A stretch of 60,978 nucleotides of DNA, filler included, from Sluysia triapertura (lineage: Eukaryota), in NCBI GenBank assembly GCA_046118255.1. It is 5 parts of 5 records of this genome, joined end to end, with 100 filler letters (N's around TTAATTAATTAA, not from the genome) between each part and the next. Parts side by side here need not be neighbours in the genome. Positions count along the whole stretch, not along the records: positions 10,925 to 22,457 come from JBJNIA010183646.1; positions 22,558 to 33,555 come from JBJNIA010190319.1; 3 more parts are not named here. One strand, given 5' to 3'. Shown here piece by piece: positions 11,775-26,088 of this stretch. The notes under the pieces were generated by a model. That model saw nothing but the letters and a program-made list of their open reading frames with translations. It was not told the DNA's origin and ran no database searches. Position numbers and translations under genes: made by a program. How positions within the stretch are numbered: the first letter of the stretch is position 1; each line of letters begins with the position of its first letter.

Positions 11775-14140
11775 TATTTTTTGAAATCTTGGATAAAATA
11801 CAATTTAAATACAATTACTTATTCTCACTGAAATCTTTAATTTATTAATAAAACACAAAATTAACTGAATAAAGTTAATATTTTATCAAATTACGACAAA
11901 TAGAATGATTAAGGGTTGTGATGCAACCAAACAATTTAATTAGAAAGTGACTAGTATTGTTTAATTAATAACTATTGAGGAACCTATTTTATATATCAGT
12001 GCAAAATCATCCACACCATATTAATCTCCATATTTCCATTACTTAATACTTCAAGATGATTATGTATTCTGAATCGTGCTATACTGAAGGAAGAGTTTCA
12101 GAAGCCTTAAGTTAATAGGTCATTTGATTACAAAATTATGAATTAGGAATAAGTAAATTAGTTACGTTATAGAAACAACACGTTAGAAATTGACGGATGT
12201 TATTTTGATTAAGTATATTTTAGAGTACGTCATTTTAGCATTTTACTTAGATGTCAAATTTGGTAATTTCGTGTCGGGTGTAATTTAAAGGAACATCAAT
12301 CCATAAAAATATTTTTCGCAAAATTTTCATTATGAAATATATTATACATAGTTGAATTTTAAGTAAAAGCAAATTATTTCATTTAATTTTCGAGTTAAGC
12401 CTTTTTATTTTCATTTCATTTTTGTAATAAATTTTTACGGAATTATTACATTAAAATTGTGATCGATGATTTATTGTTTTTAAAATTTCTGTGGTGATTG
12501 TTTATTACTTATGAAATTATTGAAAATTTTATAATTTTATCTTTATCAAACGATAATCGTTTAACGAAATTTATGAAACTCTTAATAAAATGAAATGAAT
12601 AATCTATAAATTTGAATTTTATTTCATAATGAAATTAATAACTAGTCTAAAATATTAATAATAATAAATGAAATGACTATCGAATTTTATCTATATAATA
12701 GTGACTATAAGGAATTAATGACTAATGTATGTAATAAGTAATATCAGTGACCTACTGTAAAATATTAATGTCTGAAAATAAAATAACCAAATATATTAGT
12801 GTCTGAAATTAAAAAAATTGGCTTTTTAAGTAAAAGTAAAATATAGGGTGAAATTAATTATAAAAAGATTATTATAGAACTTATGGAATTAAATTATTGA
12901 CCGGAAGTTAGTACCAGCAGAAAACACAAGTCAAAAGGAAATTTCTTATAAACGCATATTTTAAGAAGTTTAAATCTGCTCACGGTTGATATGCTTAAAA
13001 TACAGTTAACAAAACATCTGGAAATATACAAAAACGTTTGATTTCTGTAGAAAAAATTAACATTAAAGAGAAATATTCCAGTAATACCTTGACTGAATTT
13101 ACTATATAACTGTTAAAAAATGTTTTTATACAATAATTGCGTAACGATTTTATATAGTAACAAATTTTGTTTAAGTATCTGAGAAATCAACATAAATCAT
13201 TATTATTTTACTTGTAGCTCGTTTAAATTTAGTAATTTTAAGGTAGAATGATTAGGTTTAATGTATTAAAATTGTACTTAATGATTAAAGCATCGTGATG
13301 GAACTTAAAGTGTTCAAGAAATAAGATTAAAAATAACTTAATTATTCTAGTTAAATAACTTAATAAATTCTTATTGTTTAACCTCTTAAAAGTTTTGTTT
13401 AGTACTTTTATGAATTTATATTTATGCAGTTTAACTTTTTTATTCATGTATTTTAAATAAAAATTTTGGGTTTATAAATTTGTCATAAGCACTTTTGCAA
13501 CACCTCAATAAAAATCAGTATCGAATTTCGTTTCAAAAACTTTATTAAATTATACAACATTCAGATAAATTAGATGCAGTATATCTTTCAAAGGATTCGA
13601 TTCAATTAATTTATCATGATAAATTTTTAAAATCTTTTAAACCTTCTGCTTAAGTTTATCATTTTTGTAATAATATTTATATAATAATAGTTCTCTTCAC
13701 TTAAATTTGTTTCTAAATAATTGCAACGTTGTCACAGCGCTAATTTATCTGGACCCAACTGAATAACTTCATTATATCATTTTTGATAAATTAAACTTTT
13801 TAACAAATATAATATCGTAATTGAGAAATAAAAATAAATTTATTATAAAATACTTTATTTAAAAAATTAATAAAAATATAAATTTCTTTTAAATATACTA
13901 AAAGAAATCTGTTTATAAAATATTAAACTACGTATTTAGTTTTCAATAAAATAACTTCATAAAAATAAAATAATAATAAAAAATAATAAATATAAATAAA
14001 TATAAGTTTATTGAGAATTAATAAACAAAATTTAGATTTTGTTTAAATTTAATATTTAAAATAAATTAGTTTAATTTAATATATGATTAATAAAGATTAA
14101 TTTTTTGAAACCAATTTTATTATAAAATGTTTTGTTTTAG

Positions 14141-14239
14141 AATGGCTTTACACCTCTTTACATGGCATCTCAAGAAAATCATGTCGAAGTAGTTAAATTA
14201 TTGTTATTAAATTCGGCCAGTCAGACACTTGCTACAGAT
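14141..14239 (+). CDS. ANK: Ankyrin exon (next ANK repeat)
   Basis: TTTTAG acceptor, [39 protein letters not shown] donor. 99 nt, in frame with 11330-11527. Confidence 0.92.
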
Positions 14240-16681
14240 GTTAGTATTTGAATAATTATTTAATGATTATTGTTTAATAATGTTTTTATTACAAAATTTG
14301 TAAAGCCAAACTTTTGGCTAACTTTAGAAATCAATTGTAATTTATAAATATTTTGTTTATTGTTATTGCAATTTATGAAATAAAAAGATATAAAATATTA
14401 CTAATTTGATAATTTCAAATTAATCTTAATAATCTTAAAATAAAATTGTAAAGAAAAATGAATCTGAAATCTTAGTAATCTCAAAAGTAAACAAAACTTA
14501 ATTAGCAAGTGAAAAGTAGTGTGGCTCAAGCTGCAACTTCAAAAAATCGAAAACGTCTGATCATTAAAAAGGAATTGATATTAATAATACAAACTAACAA
14601 ATAATTTCAAAATAAACGAATATGAATGTATATATGAATTATATGATTAAACAAATTTAGTAGAATATTAATTCTACCACAACCATTGCGGTCGAAAATG
14701 ACCGCATTCAGAATTTCAATGATCCTAGTGATAAATAGTGATCCTAGTGGTCACATGGTATACTATAGTGATTAAAAGGAAAAGTTTGTATTATTATCTA
14801 TAATAGCGAAGAAATGAAAATTTAACATTGAACTACTGTATTTAATCTCTAATATTTAAGCTATCTTACTGCTGTATCAGAACTATTTGCTTAGTGTTTT
14901 GATTGATATTGTCAGCACAATAATAAGATCTTAAGATCAATAATACTTTATTCTAAAATTTATTCGTTAAATTTTGAACATGGCCCATTTATTATTATTT
15001 CATTAATTGTAATTATACTACTATTTCCTTAGTGTTATAATAAACCTTAATGCAGTAATTTTAAAATTCATTCTTGTCGCGGCACACATGTAATAAGAAA
15101 ATTTGGCGGTACACTAGTAAAGCAATAAGATAAATTTAAAAGAATTATATAAGCCGTCATATGCACTCTTCAATCTGTCGAATAGTTGACGGAACAATAT
15201 AGAGTATTATAAGCTCGTAGCTGAAGCTTTAATGGTCATGCATTGAACACTTTTGACGTCGCTTATGTATGGGTAATAGTGGCCACATACTAAAGTGCTG
15301 TGGTATAGTGGTTGAGAATCGCTGTCTTAATATTTTGCTTGATTAATTTACTTTATGAGTATAGAGACATAGGATTTTAATCAAAGTTAACTATTAAATT
15401 TCGTATATATAAGTTGAAAACTAATCTTTACTAGGTTAAATATAAGCTAGTTAGTTTGATTCAACTTATATAAGCGAATATTCGCAAAACATAACTCAGT
15501 ACAAAATATAAGTTTCACATTGAATTTTATAAAGTTGAATATCTTTCGTAAAGGAAAGTAATATGACAAATAAAATGTAAACTATATTTTTACAATTCAA
15601 ACGAATAAGATATTTTTATTGCAAACTTAAAGTAATTTATTACAGTTTTAATAGAATATTATTTTTAAATTAAATATGCTGTTTTATTTAAGAAAATTTA
15701 ATATGAAATTGTAGTGTTAATCTATATTACTTATATTGAAATTTATTAAATATAAAATTAAAAATGAGCGCTTTTCAAAAGGTGTGACACGATAAAGGAA
15801 AATTTTTTTAAAAATTTTGGTATTATAAAGTCGAGATAATTAATATTGTGACAAAATTTGCTAGTATTTCTTGCATTAATGAAATAATTTAATTGTTTTT
15901 AATTTTAATTTTAAAATTTAATTTATGAATATAATTTTTTCTTTCACTTGTTGATATAATTTTTAAGATAAAACTTTACCATGTTTCACAAAATTACCTA
16001 CTTTACTAAAGGGGAAACATTATATTGTAAAATTGTTCAGCTTTAAAATACTACAGTTAATTCTTAAATGTCACTTAAATTGGTTTATTATTAGTTTCTG
16101 AATCGTCAAACTTCTGATGGTTAAGATGAAAGTACAAATCTCGATTGTTAATTTTAAATTCTCAACTTAATGTTAAAATCGTACAAAACGTACAAAATAA
16201 ATTTCAATAAGATTTTATAGTTTAGGAGATCTCATTTAAAGAGAAGTAAAATTTTAATTATGAACTATTAAAATTAAATTTAGATGTTATATTTATTAAA
16301 TGCATTAATATTTTATTAAAGTTTTATCAAATCAGCAATAACAGCAGGATTTTAGCCAAATAGAACTAAATATCAAATTCCATATATTGATATCTTTAAA
16401 ATTTATCAAGCGAAATCAAGATTCAAATATCAAATATAAATTACTTTGACAGCTTCCCGAGCATAATGTAAAATATTGATCAGTAATAAGAAAATATCAA
16501 ATATTGATTATCAAATAGATGCCTAATATTGGTTACTTTAAAAGTTTTTAAAGTAGATTCATAATCAAACATTATCTGTTTTGATGGCTTTCCAAGTAGA
16601 ATAGTATTATGTATTAAGCAGAACACAAAACTATGACCAATAAATTTTTCTAATGTATGACCAATTTCTTTCTACAGTTAA

Positions 16682-16752
16682 CACATTATGAGCGGGTATT
16701 CTTAAGTACAGTCCATAAAACGGGTAATAATACCCGCCCCGCTCATAATGTG
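16682..16752. mobile_element. 71-bp TTAA-flanked MITE (piggyBac-type)
   Basis: TTAA-CACATTATGAGCGGG...CCCGCTCATAATGTG-TTAA, a perfect 15-bp TIR. Confidence 0.7.
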
Positions 16753-19249
16753 TTAATAATATTGTCAACTTAAACAGCTTATTATATGATACTGACTTAA
16801 TATTTTACCTTTCTGTTTTTTTTGTTGGAAGGTTACACATCTCGCCTACTTAATGAAATCATTGTAAACTCTAAAAAAGATTTAAAACTTTCAAACATTA
16901 ATTTTTCTAAAAATGGAATGACTAGAAATTTGCACTATTATGAACTAAGAGTTCTCATGTGGAACAACTATGTCATCGTAAACAGCATGACAGTACAAAA
17001 TTGGTTCATAAATGAGCCACGCAGTTACCCAGAATCAAAGAACTAAATGTTACCGTTGAGTCTGCCTAAGAATTATCGTTGATGATTGAAGCAAACAAAA
17101 TATTATAAACAAACAACTTGTGGCTCGCGAACTGTGAGGCGCCTATCAGAGTTATTTTATATTTCATAATATTTTAACAGTTATTTCTTAATATCTATAG
17201 CATCTCCTTTTTCTACTGAAATTTCTTTTTTACCTTCTGCTGAATAACACGTATTGGCAGTACACCTTTCTTTTCTTTACCTGTTAAGTCAATGATAATG
17301 AAAAGTTTAAGGTATTCTTCTCTAACTTTCTAAAGCCATAAGTATAAAAATTTAAACCTTAGTTTAAGTAAAAGATAATTTTTGTGTATAACTTATCCTA
17401 TCTTTAAAATTATCCTTTAACAATATTTATTCTTTAATATTTACATTTATCTTACGTTTGGGCTGAACACTAAAAGTTCATACAAATATAATTTTCTATC
17501 CTTTGCACACATTTATAACTTAAATTAAATTGTTTTCCTTTAATGACTTGATATTTTAGATTTAAGGCATGATATACAAAGATTTATTTAACAAATTTAT
17601 TTATTTAATTAATGTAAAGTAAACAAAATGAAATATATCCATTTTCAAAAGAAATTCTAAATATAGATGCCTTATGATAAAATATTCATTTTAATAAATT
17701 CGATATTATATTTTATTATAGCACTATGTAAATTGAACTTTATACTTAGTAATTGTATAATTATACAAAATTATAAATTGTATACAAAACATAATTTATA
17801 ATTTAAGTATCGATTAAATGTATTTTAGATTGTGTTTAATAATATCACTGTTTCATTATTTATTTGGAAATTGTCCACCTTATAATAATATCAGTAAGTA
17901 TTTTAATGGCTTTAAAATAACAATTTATAATTTAAATTAAAATAAAAATTAAATATAAATAGATAAATAATATAAAAATAGAATATAGAAGAAACCTTAT
18001 TAGTTACTAATATAAATAAATATAGCTAAAGTAGCTATTCAATTTTGGGTATGTATGCAATTAAAAATATTTATTTATTGTAAAAAGTAAATATTTAAAT
18101 TAAATTAAGTAATGAATTCTTGACATTGCAACAATAGATTTAAATACTATATATATGCAAATATTGTTATGGATATGTACTGTTATCAAACACATTGTGT
18201 TTTATTAGGTATTTGAATAAGTTCTGTTTAAAATTGTTAGACACTAAGTTTTGATGTTTTGTAAATTTTACAAATTTTTATTTTTGTGGCAATAATTTTA
18301 TAGAGATGTTTAAAGTTTAAATATTGTAGAATTATTTAATATTAAAACTAAGGATTGCTGTAAGGGTATTGTGATTTTTCGTTATAAATTTATCACCGAA
18401 TTGTTTTTTATCACAAAATTATTTACGTGATTATTATTATTTTAAATTACTATTATTATTATTCCCTAATTTTTTTTAGATTAAACCCATCGATATGTTT
18501 CTATTATTTACCTAGGTATCACAAAAAATTATTTGCTAATGGAGGTTAAATATCCACCCTAAGCTAATTTAATAGTTCAGTATTTATATAAATTTTTTCT
18601 TTGCTCGATTACAATTTAAGTTATATACACTCAGTGCATATTATCAAAAATTATAATAATTTATTACCGTTTAGTAAACATGATTCTTCCTAAAACTCAA
18701 TAATTTATTACATGAAGGTAAAATGATATAAATTAATTCAATAAAAGCTTCTGGCTCAAGTACGTAATATTTTTTAAATTCAATTATATTTTACTACCGC
18801 AAACTTAAACACTGTTTGATTTATTAGAGATTTTATTTCCGATGAAATTTCGGCTTAATGAAATAATAGTTTATAATATTTCAAATATTTATTAGGGTTT
18901 ACTATATTTACTATCTTTATGGTATGTAACAAAATAACTTAAACAAGTAAGGTATATTAATAAATTTGGGATTGCAATTTTTGTATGCATACAATTCCGC
19001 ATTAACAAAATAATAAAATAAGATGGTATAATTGTACATATACGTATAAGATTAGTATTTAACCTCTACTAAATTATTTTAATTTAAGATTACAAGATCA
19101 TATTAAAAGATACTGTTTAAAAAATTTTATGTTCATATTAAGTGGAATTTACTATTATCAAATTAAAGGATGATAAAAACTTACTAAAGTACGACTAACA
19201 ATTAGACTGTTCAAGTTAGAATGAATCAAAATATTAAGTTCCATTTTAA

Positions 19250-19929
19250 GTCCAAATGGAAGTAAAATAATATTTGAAAATTAACAAAACCGATGGTAAA
19301 GACGTGAAGACGGTGGATTAATTACCAAAATCTTGGAAAAAATTAAGCCAATAACACTAGTTCGATCGTTGTTAAAAGTTTTGTGAAATGTAGAAAGTAA
19401 TGTCTCGGACTCTATCGAACCTGAGATATGTAACATTTCAAAATTATGTGATCTAATGAAAAACTTAAATGGCTTTGAAAATGTTGATGACCGAAATATT
19501 GAGAATGGATGGAATTTGATTCATCTGATCCAGGATTCCAGATACAGAGTGACACGGATATTATTTCAGATCTAATTTCAAATCCAAATGAAATTGAGAC
19601 AAAAAGTGAGGTAGAAGATATTACCAATCGTATTAGTCACAATACGGCACTGACTTCTGTCGATACTTTAATAGAATACGTCGATCAATATAACATCAAC
19701 CATAACGATATAATATATTTAAGAAAAGCTCGAGATGATATTAAAAAGTTATTGAGAAATTCACTTAAACAAACCAAAATTACCGATTTTTTAATAAAGC
19801 AGTGAATTTATTTTCATTGTTTTTGTATTATACCAGTATTTATTATTATTATTTTGCTGATTATCCGTGTTTTTCGATTATCCGTGCCGACCCTCGCCAT
19901 AATTTGTCCGAATAATCGGGAGTTTACTG
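19250..19929 (+). mobile_element. pogo/Tigger transposon 3' remnant
   Basis: ORF 19509-19805 ends LKQTKITDF, a typical Tigger C-terminus. It is followed by a TIR-like end GATTATCCG...CGAATAATCGGGAGTTTACTG. The left boundary is approximate. Confidence 0.7.
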
Positions 19930-20170
19930 CTTTATAATTAATTACATATACGAAATTTAAACAAATTTGAAATTATTGATGATGTTATAATTTTAATTAT
20001 ATAGTTACTCATGCTATACTTATTAATTATTAAAATTTATCATATTTTATTTAAAATATTTAATTTACATATAAATAAACATTAATTTATATATTTAGAT
20101 ATATGATAATGACATTACTTGATTATCATTATTATTATTTTGATTATTATTTTTACTATTATTATTATTA

Positions 20171-20225
<55 letters not shown>

Positions 20226-20908
20226 GTAATTATTTATTACTTCAAGTAGTTTATAAGAACAACGGCAGAACATTCTTTTGCATAACAACTTTCATATTAC
20301 GCGAAGCATCTATCAGAAAATTGATAGAAAGTGCACTCAGTTATGCATGCAACATCGTACCATTTTTAGTGGTATTGGTTGGCTTTTTAGTGAATTTAAT
20401 ATCGTGATTGTTTTGAATAATAATGTTATTCATTTTTAATTTAAAGTTTGTTTATGATTTACTTGATGCAGTTTTACCACAGAATGTGTGATTTTGTTGA
20501 TTCAGAAAATTGTGTTGTGTACATTTTCGACAAAATGAAAATTAATTATACATTACCTAGTGTAGAATATTGAAACATTTATTGTTGTTGGTTTTTTGTT
20601 ACATTAACCCGTAAATTAAATTTGATCTCAATTTGATCTCAATTTGTTTGCCTGACCTTAAGTTGGATTTAGACCTAACTAGAATTCTTAAATTAATAAT
20701 TATGAAAATCTATAAATGTAACAATAAAAATATAAGTAAAATAGCAGGAAATTCAAAAGTACAATTATCACAGACTCTTGTAAAGGATGTAGGTAAAATC
20801 AAGTCATGATTTTCTTGTAAAAAAATTAACATTTGGGTGTCAATTCTTTTGTACTCCCTCTATAGTGACTAACCTAACTCATACAGAATAATGTAATTAA
20901 TTGTCTTA

Positions 20909-21545
20909 CCGTATTTCCCCGAAAATTTTCACTCCAAAGTATGACACTAGGGCTTATTTTTGAGAGGTGAGTCCTATTTTCATTTATCGAAAAACAAAGT
21001 TACAAAGTAAAGAATTATGAAATTTCTAAACATACAAAAAACATGAAAACCCATCTACATTTACTAATGAATAACACGTTTTATGTTTAAAAACCACTAA
21101 CTATGAATCATTCAAAAATGACCATATCGTCATCTTCTGGAAGTCACTGAATTCCAAAGTTTTTGCAGAGTTTTATTTAACGGAATTTCATTATTTTAAG
21201 TCATTCTCGTGGATATTGTGTGGCAATAGAGAAATGCTTTGATAATTGCTAATAAAATCTTATTTAGAGGATTGTCTGAAATCTTGTTATAGCTACTCAC
21301 AGTCAGAAAGTGAACCAGAATGCTTTGACAATGAAAGTATCTCAGAATGTATTGTATTTTAAAGCTAATTGTGCTTTAATTACAGAAGTATATGCTAAAT
21401 AATATATTGAACGCTGTGTCAAGTCATCTCTTGACTTTTATCAGGTATCATAATGGACTATCAACCAGGGCTTATTTTGGGGGTAGGTCTTAAATTAAAA
21501 TCATCTTGAAACATCACGCTAGGTCTTATCTTCGGGGAAAGACGG
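20909..21545. mobile_element. Tc1/mariner-superfamily (pogo-like) MITE
   Basis: TA-CCGTATTTCCCCGAA...TTCGGGGAAAGACGG-TA terminal inverted repeats with a TA TSD. Confidence 0.8.
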
Positions 21546-22365
21546 TATTACTGCGATATCTTTGTTACACGTAGGATTATTTTATAACCACAGTTTGTTT
21601 TAGGCTGGACACTAAAGGTTAGGTTTGGTTATAACCCCATTTCGTGCTCATAAATTATTCAGTACTTTTTTTATAATGTTTTATTATTTTATTAATGAAA
21701 AGATTTTATTAATCGTTGCTTATGGCAACTTCTCAATTGAATCTTTAGTTTAGTGAAATTCTGCATAAAGGAAAAACGAAAAAATCAATTCCGAAAAGTT
21801 TATTATTCAAAATTCTACAGATTATAACTAACATCAAAAAATACAAGATCAATATGATATACCATAAAATATACAATATGATCAACAATTAAAATACGAT
21901 ATAAATAAAAATAAAGAAGGCTTAACCCCTTGAGTGGAAATGACAGGCCTCACTCACCGTATATTTTATTGGTCTTATTTATATTCTAGTTAGATTTACG
22001 ATGTAAAGTGGCTTTACATTTACCAAAGGTATCACACACTGCAAGATTATTAGTTATGAATAATTTTTATAAAAAAGAAACAATATTTTATTATTATTAT
22101 GGTTAAATATTTAAATATTTTGTCACGTTTTTCTGCGTTTTTCTATTATATCGAGAATTTGGTTTGTTTCATCTTAATTTCATTGCGATTTGAAGTTTTT
22201 ATTTTTCAATTTTTATTTAATATTATCATTACTTTATAATCTTGTAGTATTACAAATGAAATAGTTTTTACTTTTATGTAAATATAGTGAATAAAAACAA
22301 AAGCATTTAAGTATTATTTTATGATAATTCAATGCATAAAAATGCACACATTTAATTGTCTGCAT

Positions 22366-22457
22366 CAGGGGTCTTCAACTTGGGTTCCGCGGAACCCTAG
22401 GGTTCCCTGGAACGTTGACAGGGGTTCCGCAACTGATTAAGTCAAAACACATATAAC
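22366..22457. mobile_element. hAT-type transposon end, truncated by the contig end
   Basis: CAGGGGTCTTCAAC terminus with subterminal GGGTTCCGCGGAACCC palindrome and GGGTTCC repeats. Confidence 0.6.
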
Positions 22458-22557
22458 NNNNNNNNNNNNNNNNNNNNNNNNNNNNNNNNNNNNNNNNNNN
22501 NTTAATTAATTAANNNNNNNNNNNNNNNNNNNNNNNNNNNNNNNNNNNNNNNNNNNN
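22458..22557. other. Artificial contig linker
   Basis: N44-TTAATTAATTAA-N44. Confidence 0.95.
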
Positions 22558-23404
22558 TAATAATAATAACCTTAGTGTTATAATAAATATTAATCGAAAA
22601 ATGCATGAATTTCTTGTTTCAGACTTTATACAAGATCTTTCTTTGATTTTCTTAATATTTCTCAACATATCTAATTGTAGAAGCGAAAGGAACTTGCAGA
22701 CTTATGGATTTGTAGTGTTGACGCTTTTTGATATAAATATTTAGTATTTTTTTGTGGTTTTAAGTAACTTGAATAACTAAACCAAATGTTTTAAGTGAAA
22801 TGATGTTTTGGCTGAAAATGTATTAAGGTGTAAATGTTTACTATGTTTTTTGAATGCTACTTAGTGTTTTTGAGTAATGGTAATGTTCGAATATTAAGGT
22901 TTAATGGTACCAGATATGGATTTATGGTGTTTAATTTGCTTTGGAGATATTTGTTGATTAATTTCGAGTGTGAATGTAATTGACTTGTTTGAGATAAAGG
23001 AATGCAAAATAAAATATTTGAATGAATTTTTTAATGTACTTTAATGGTTTAAGACGTTATTGTGATTTGGGTGTTATGAGGTGTCGAATAAATATTCTCA
23101 ATGGATCGCTTAATGTAAATTGATGTATTCTTTGTTATGAAATTGTAGGTTTGAAATATTTTGAAAAGTGAAAGTTTATTTTGATGAGTATGAAGAGAAA
23201 TAAGATATAAAAACAAGATATATAAGATATATAAGATATATAAGATATATAAAATCATATAAAGGATATGATTTTAGTTATGTTTACTTCATTTTAAGTA
23301 GATTTAAAAAAGTGTATTGTATATTTTGAAAATTTATGAGATGTTAATATATTTTAAGTAGAATTTTTGTGAAATTTATTAAGGTTAGTGAGTTGACCAC
23401 CACA
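22558..23404 (+). mobile_element. Giant LTR-like unit, copy B (3' part only)
   Basis: ATGCATGAA...ACAAGATCTTTC...ACATAT block, then a G/T-rich tract, then terminus GTTGACCACCACA (23392-23404). Confidence 0.6.
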
Positions 23405-24110
23405 ATTTGCACGTACCTCAACTCTTTAAACAGTTAGAAGGAAAATATAATAAATGATTTTATGTTGATTTTTCGTCTGCTAAACTGGGCCTAACTTATA
23501 ATAAAACTGACTAACTTTACTATATAGTTGAAACCGTTGAATATTATTATCGCAAAGAGTAAAAGTCTCTGGTAAGTTAAAGAAATTCGAAGTTTTTGCA
23601 AAATCTCTTGTGTTTAGAGTGAAAAATATTTTTTAAAATAATTGTGTGATTTTGTGTGAATTTGATTCATTATTTATATTAAATTTAAAATGTGAATTTA
23701 GAGTTTTAATGCTTTTTAACGTCGAATACAGATTTAGAACATTATTATGTTTATATAAAGATGAAAATTTAAAAATATTATCTTTTTATATCATAATAGA
23801 ATTTTATTCAAATTATAGTGTCCGAGTGGTACTACTTCATTCCCTTTCATTAAATTACGATATCGAAATTCAACAAGTTTGTTATTATGGATAATATGAC
23901 CTATTAATTCTCTTTCCATTTCATTCATTACCATTTTAAAGTCGTTATAACATAAACTATTAATTAAATATTTACAAGATACACGAAAACTAATATTTAT
24001 TAGATTGTAAAATATAAATTTTGTAATTATAATTAAATTATTGTTAAGCTTTAATGTTTTCAGCGCTGCATCTCTCAGTGTGCCATCGAGTCTCGCACTG
24101 GAATCACATC

Positions 24111-25985
24111 TTAAAAAAATATAAGGTAAAAATAGTACTTAGGATAAATAAAACAAAACTTTACTATCTGATTGTTCTGTAAAGGCTTTGTCTTTGTCGG
24201 TCTTCCTTTTGTAGTACCTGTGTTGGTTTTTAAGATTATCAGTAACATATTAATGTTAGACACGTTTACAGATATACTCGTAGGATCTAAGTTATTGTTA
24301 CTGGAAGTTTGCCAAGTATCTGATAATGACTCGTTATTTTGAGAGTGAACATTTGATGAGTCTGAAATGTTACTTGCAAGGTTTGCTATCTCTGTTAAGG
24401 CATTTAAACTAGTAGTAGGTTCGATTAATGAATTTTGATTATGTTGATAAGGTCCATAACGGTGACTCAAAAGGACTGGGAATCTTTCTTCATTTGTTAA
24501 CAAACTCTCACTAATGTGCATTATTTTTTTAAGATAAATGAATCACGCGTAATTCTCATGACTTGACACATTGTTGATGAATAACATAAAATATGATCAA
24601 CCTTAGCATTCTTCAAACTTTCTCTAGTTTGTGAAAGAGCAGTATCTGGTTTTAACACATTATTAAAAGGTTCTTGTAATACATCATTTTTAACTTGTAA
24701 TCCTTTTAATTTCATATTTAATTGAGCTAATGCATCTTTTAATTCAGAAATTTCATCGTTGTTTTTAGAATCACACGAATAATTTGATTTGGTACAGTAA
24801 AAAAACGTGATTAGTAGGGTTGAAGTTGAAATTTTCGTCTTCTACTAATTGAGTTATTAACTTGGTCACGATAGTTTCTCATAAATTGTACGAATAAGTC
24901 CTAGCATGAACACCTTTGATTGTCATAAGAGACTCTAATATAGAATTGATATAATAACTACACATTGAATCTAAAGTGCGATTAATACAATGGAACAATT
25001 GATTAGGGTTATCAGATTCTGTAATCGCTTTTATAACATCTTTAGTGTATTCGATTTCATATGATTTAATATCATGTGACACGTAGACATTTGGTAATAT
25101 ATCATTATGAACTTTGACCAATCCACACAAAACGGATTCTGCCTCAAGTACTTTCTGTAATATAATCTAAACCAGGATCACGATTCACATATTTTGGGTT
25201 TGTAATAATGTTGACAAAACGAATGCAACAGAAACATAAATTTAAGTTCTCTTTCGAGATTTGACTAAGCTTTTGAATTATTCTAAGAATCGGTTCAAAC
25301 TGACCACGAATTTTCAAACTACTTGCTTCAAATAAGGCTTGTAATACATATCGATGACTACTTTTGCTATAACCATAAAGAACCATCAAAATCTCTATCA
25401 TTGTTGCAAGATCATTCAAGTTACTAGTGCCTGAAAATGTAAATGCGACATGGGTTAAAGAAGTCTCAATTTTAATCATGATAAATAAACCATAGCCAAA
25501 ATTACCAAATGCCCTCAAATCTACCAATTTCCGGAAGATTAGGCTTATCATGAATAGCAGCGATTAATTTTACTATCAAAGAAAAACCGTGATTAATTTC
25601 ATTATCAAATAATTTAATTACACTTATTGTAGAATTCTGAATAATTATTCGTACATCTTTCAAATCAGCGTTCACCTCTTCATTCTCGCATTCCTATCTT
25701 AAAACTTTGACTTATTCAGTAACTCGTTTACTTTGAGCAATCGCTTTATTATTTTGAATCATTTCTATCCTAATAGCTCGCCTTGGTCTACGTAAATTAT
25801 CTCGACTTAGTACAGAAATATTTACATGTCCCATAAATAATTCAAATAGTTTATTTATTTCATTATCGGTTAACTTATCGTAATCGGTAACTTCGTAAGG
25901 CCTTTAATCCTTTTTCTCTTCGACCTTTTATAGATAGGGACGGTTTCTTTTCAATAACTTTACTTTTTTCGTCTTTGAAATGCAT
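24111..25985 (-). pseudogene. Fragmented intronless cargo gene of unknown family (about 600 codons)
   Basis: A chain of same-strand ORFs (25144-25551, 24879-25130, 24521-24715, 24111-24521) plus coding-like sequence up to about 25985, broken by stops and frameshifts. Confidence 0.55.
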
Positions 25986-26029
25986 TAATTTCACTTCTTT
26001 TTCATTAAATTGATTTTTAACTAACTCAG

Positions 26030-26088
26030 ATCATCCAATCAGGGCTTCAGAATAGACAAATCAGTAATATTGGTCCTGATTGGATGAT
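26030..26088. promoter_or_regulatory. Inverted CCAAT-box pair / hairpin
   Basis: Perfect 14-bp inverted repeat ATCATCCAATCAGG / CCTGATTGGATGAT. Confidence 0.65.

Noticed and set aside
2719-25985. Non-standard genetic code explaining the in-frame stops in cargo genes
   Set aside because: Host exons are stop-free and end at TAA, and the cargos also contain frameshifts, so decay is the simpler explanation.
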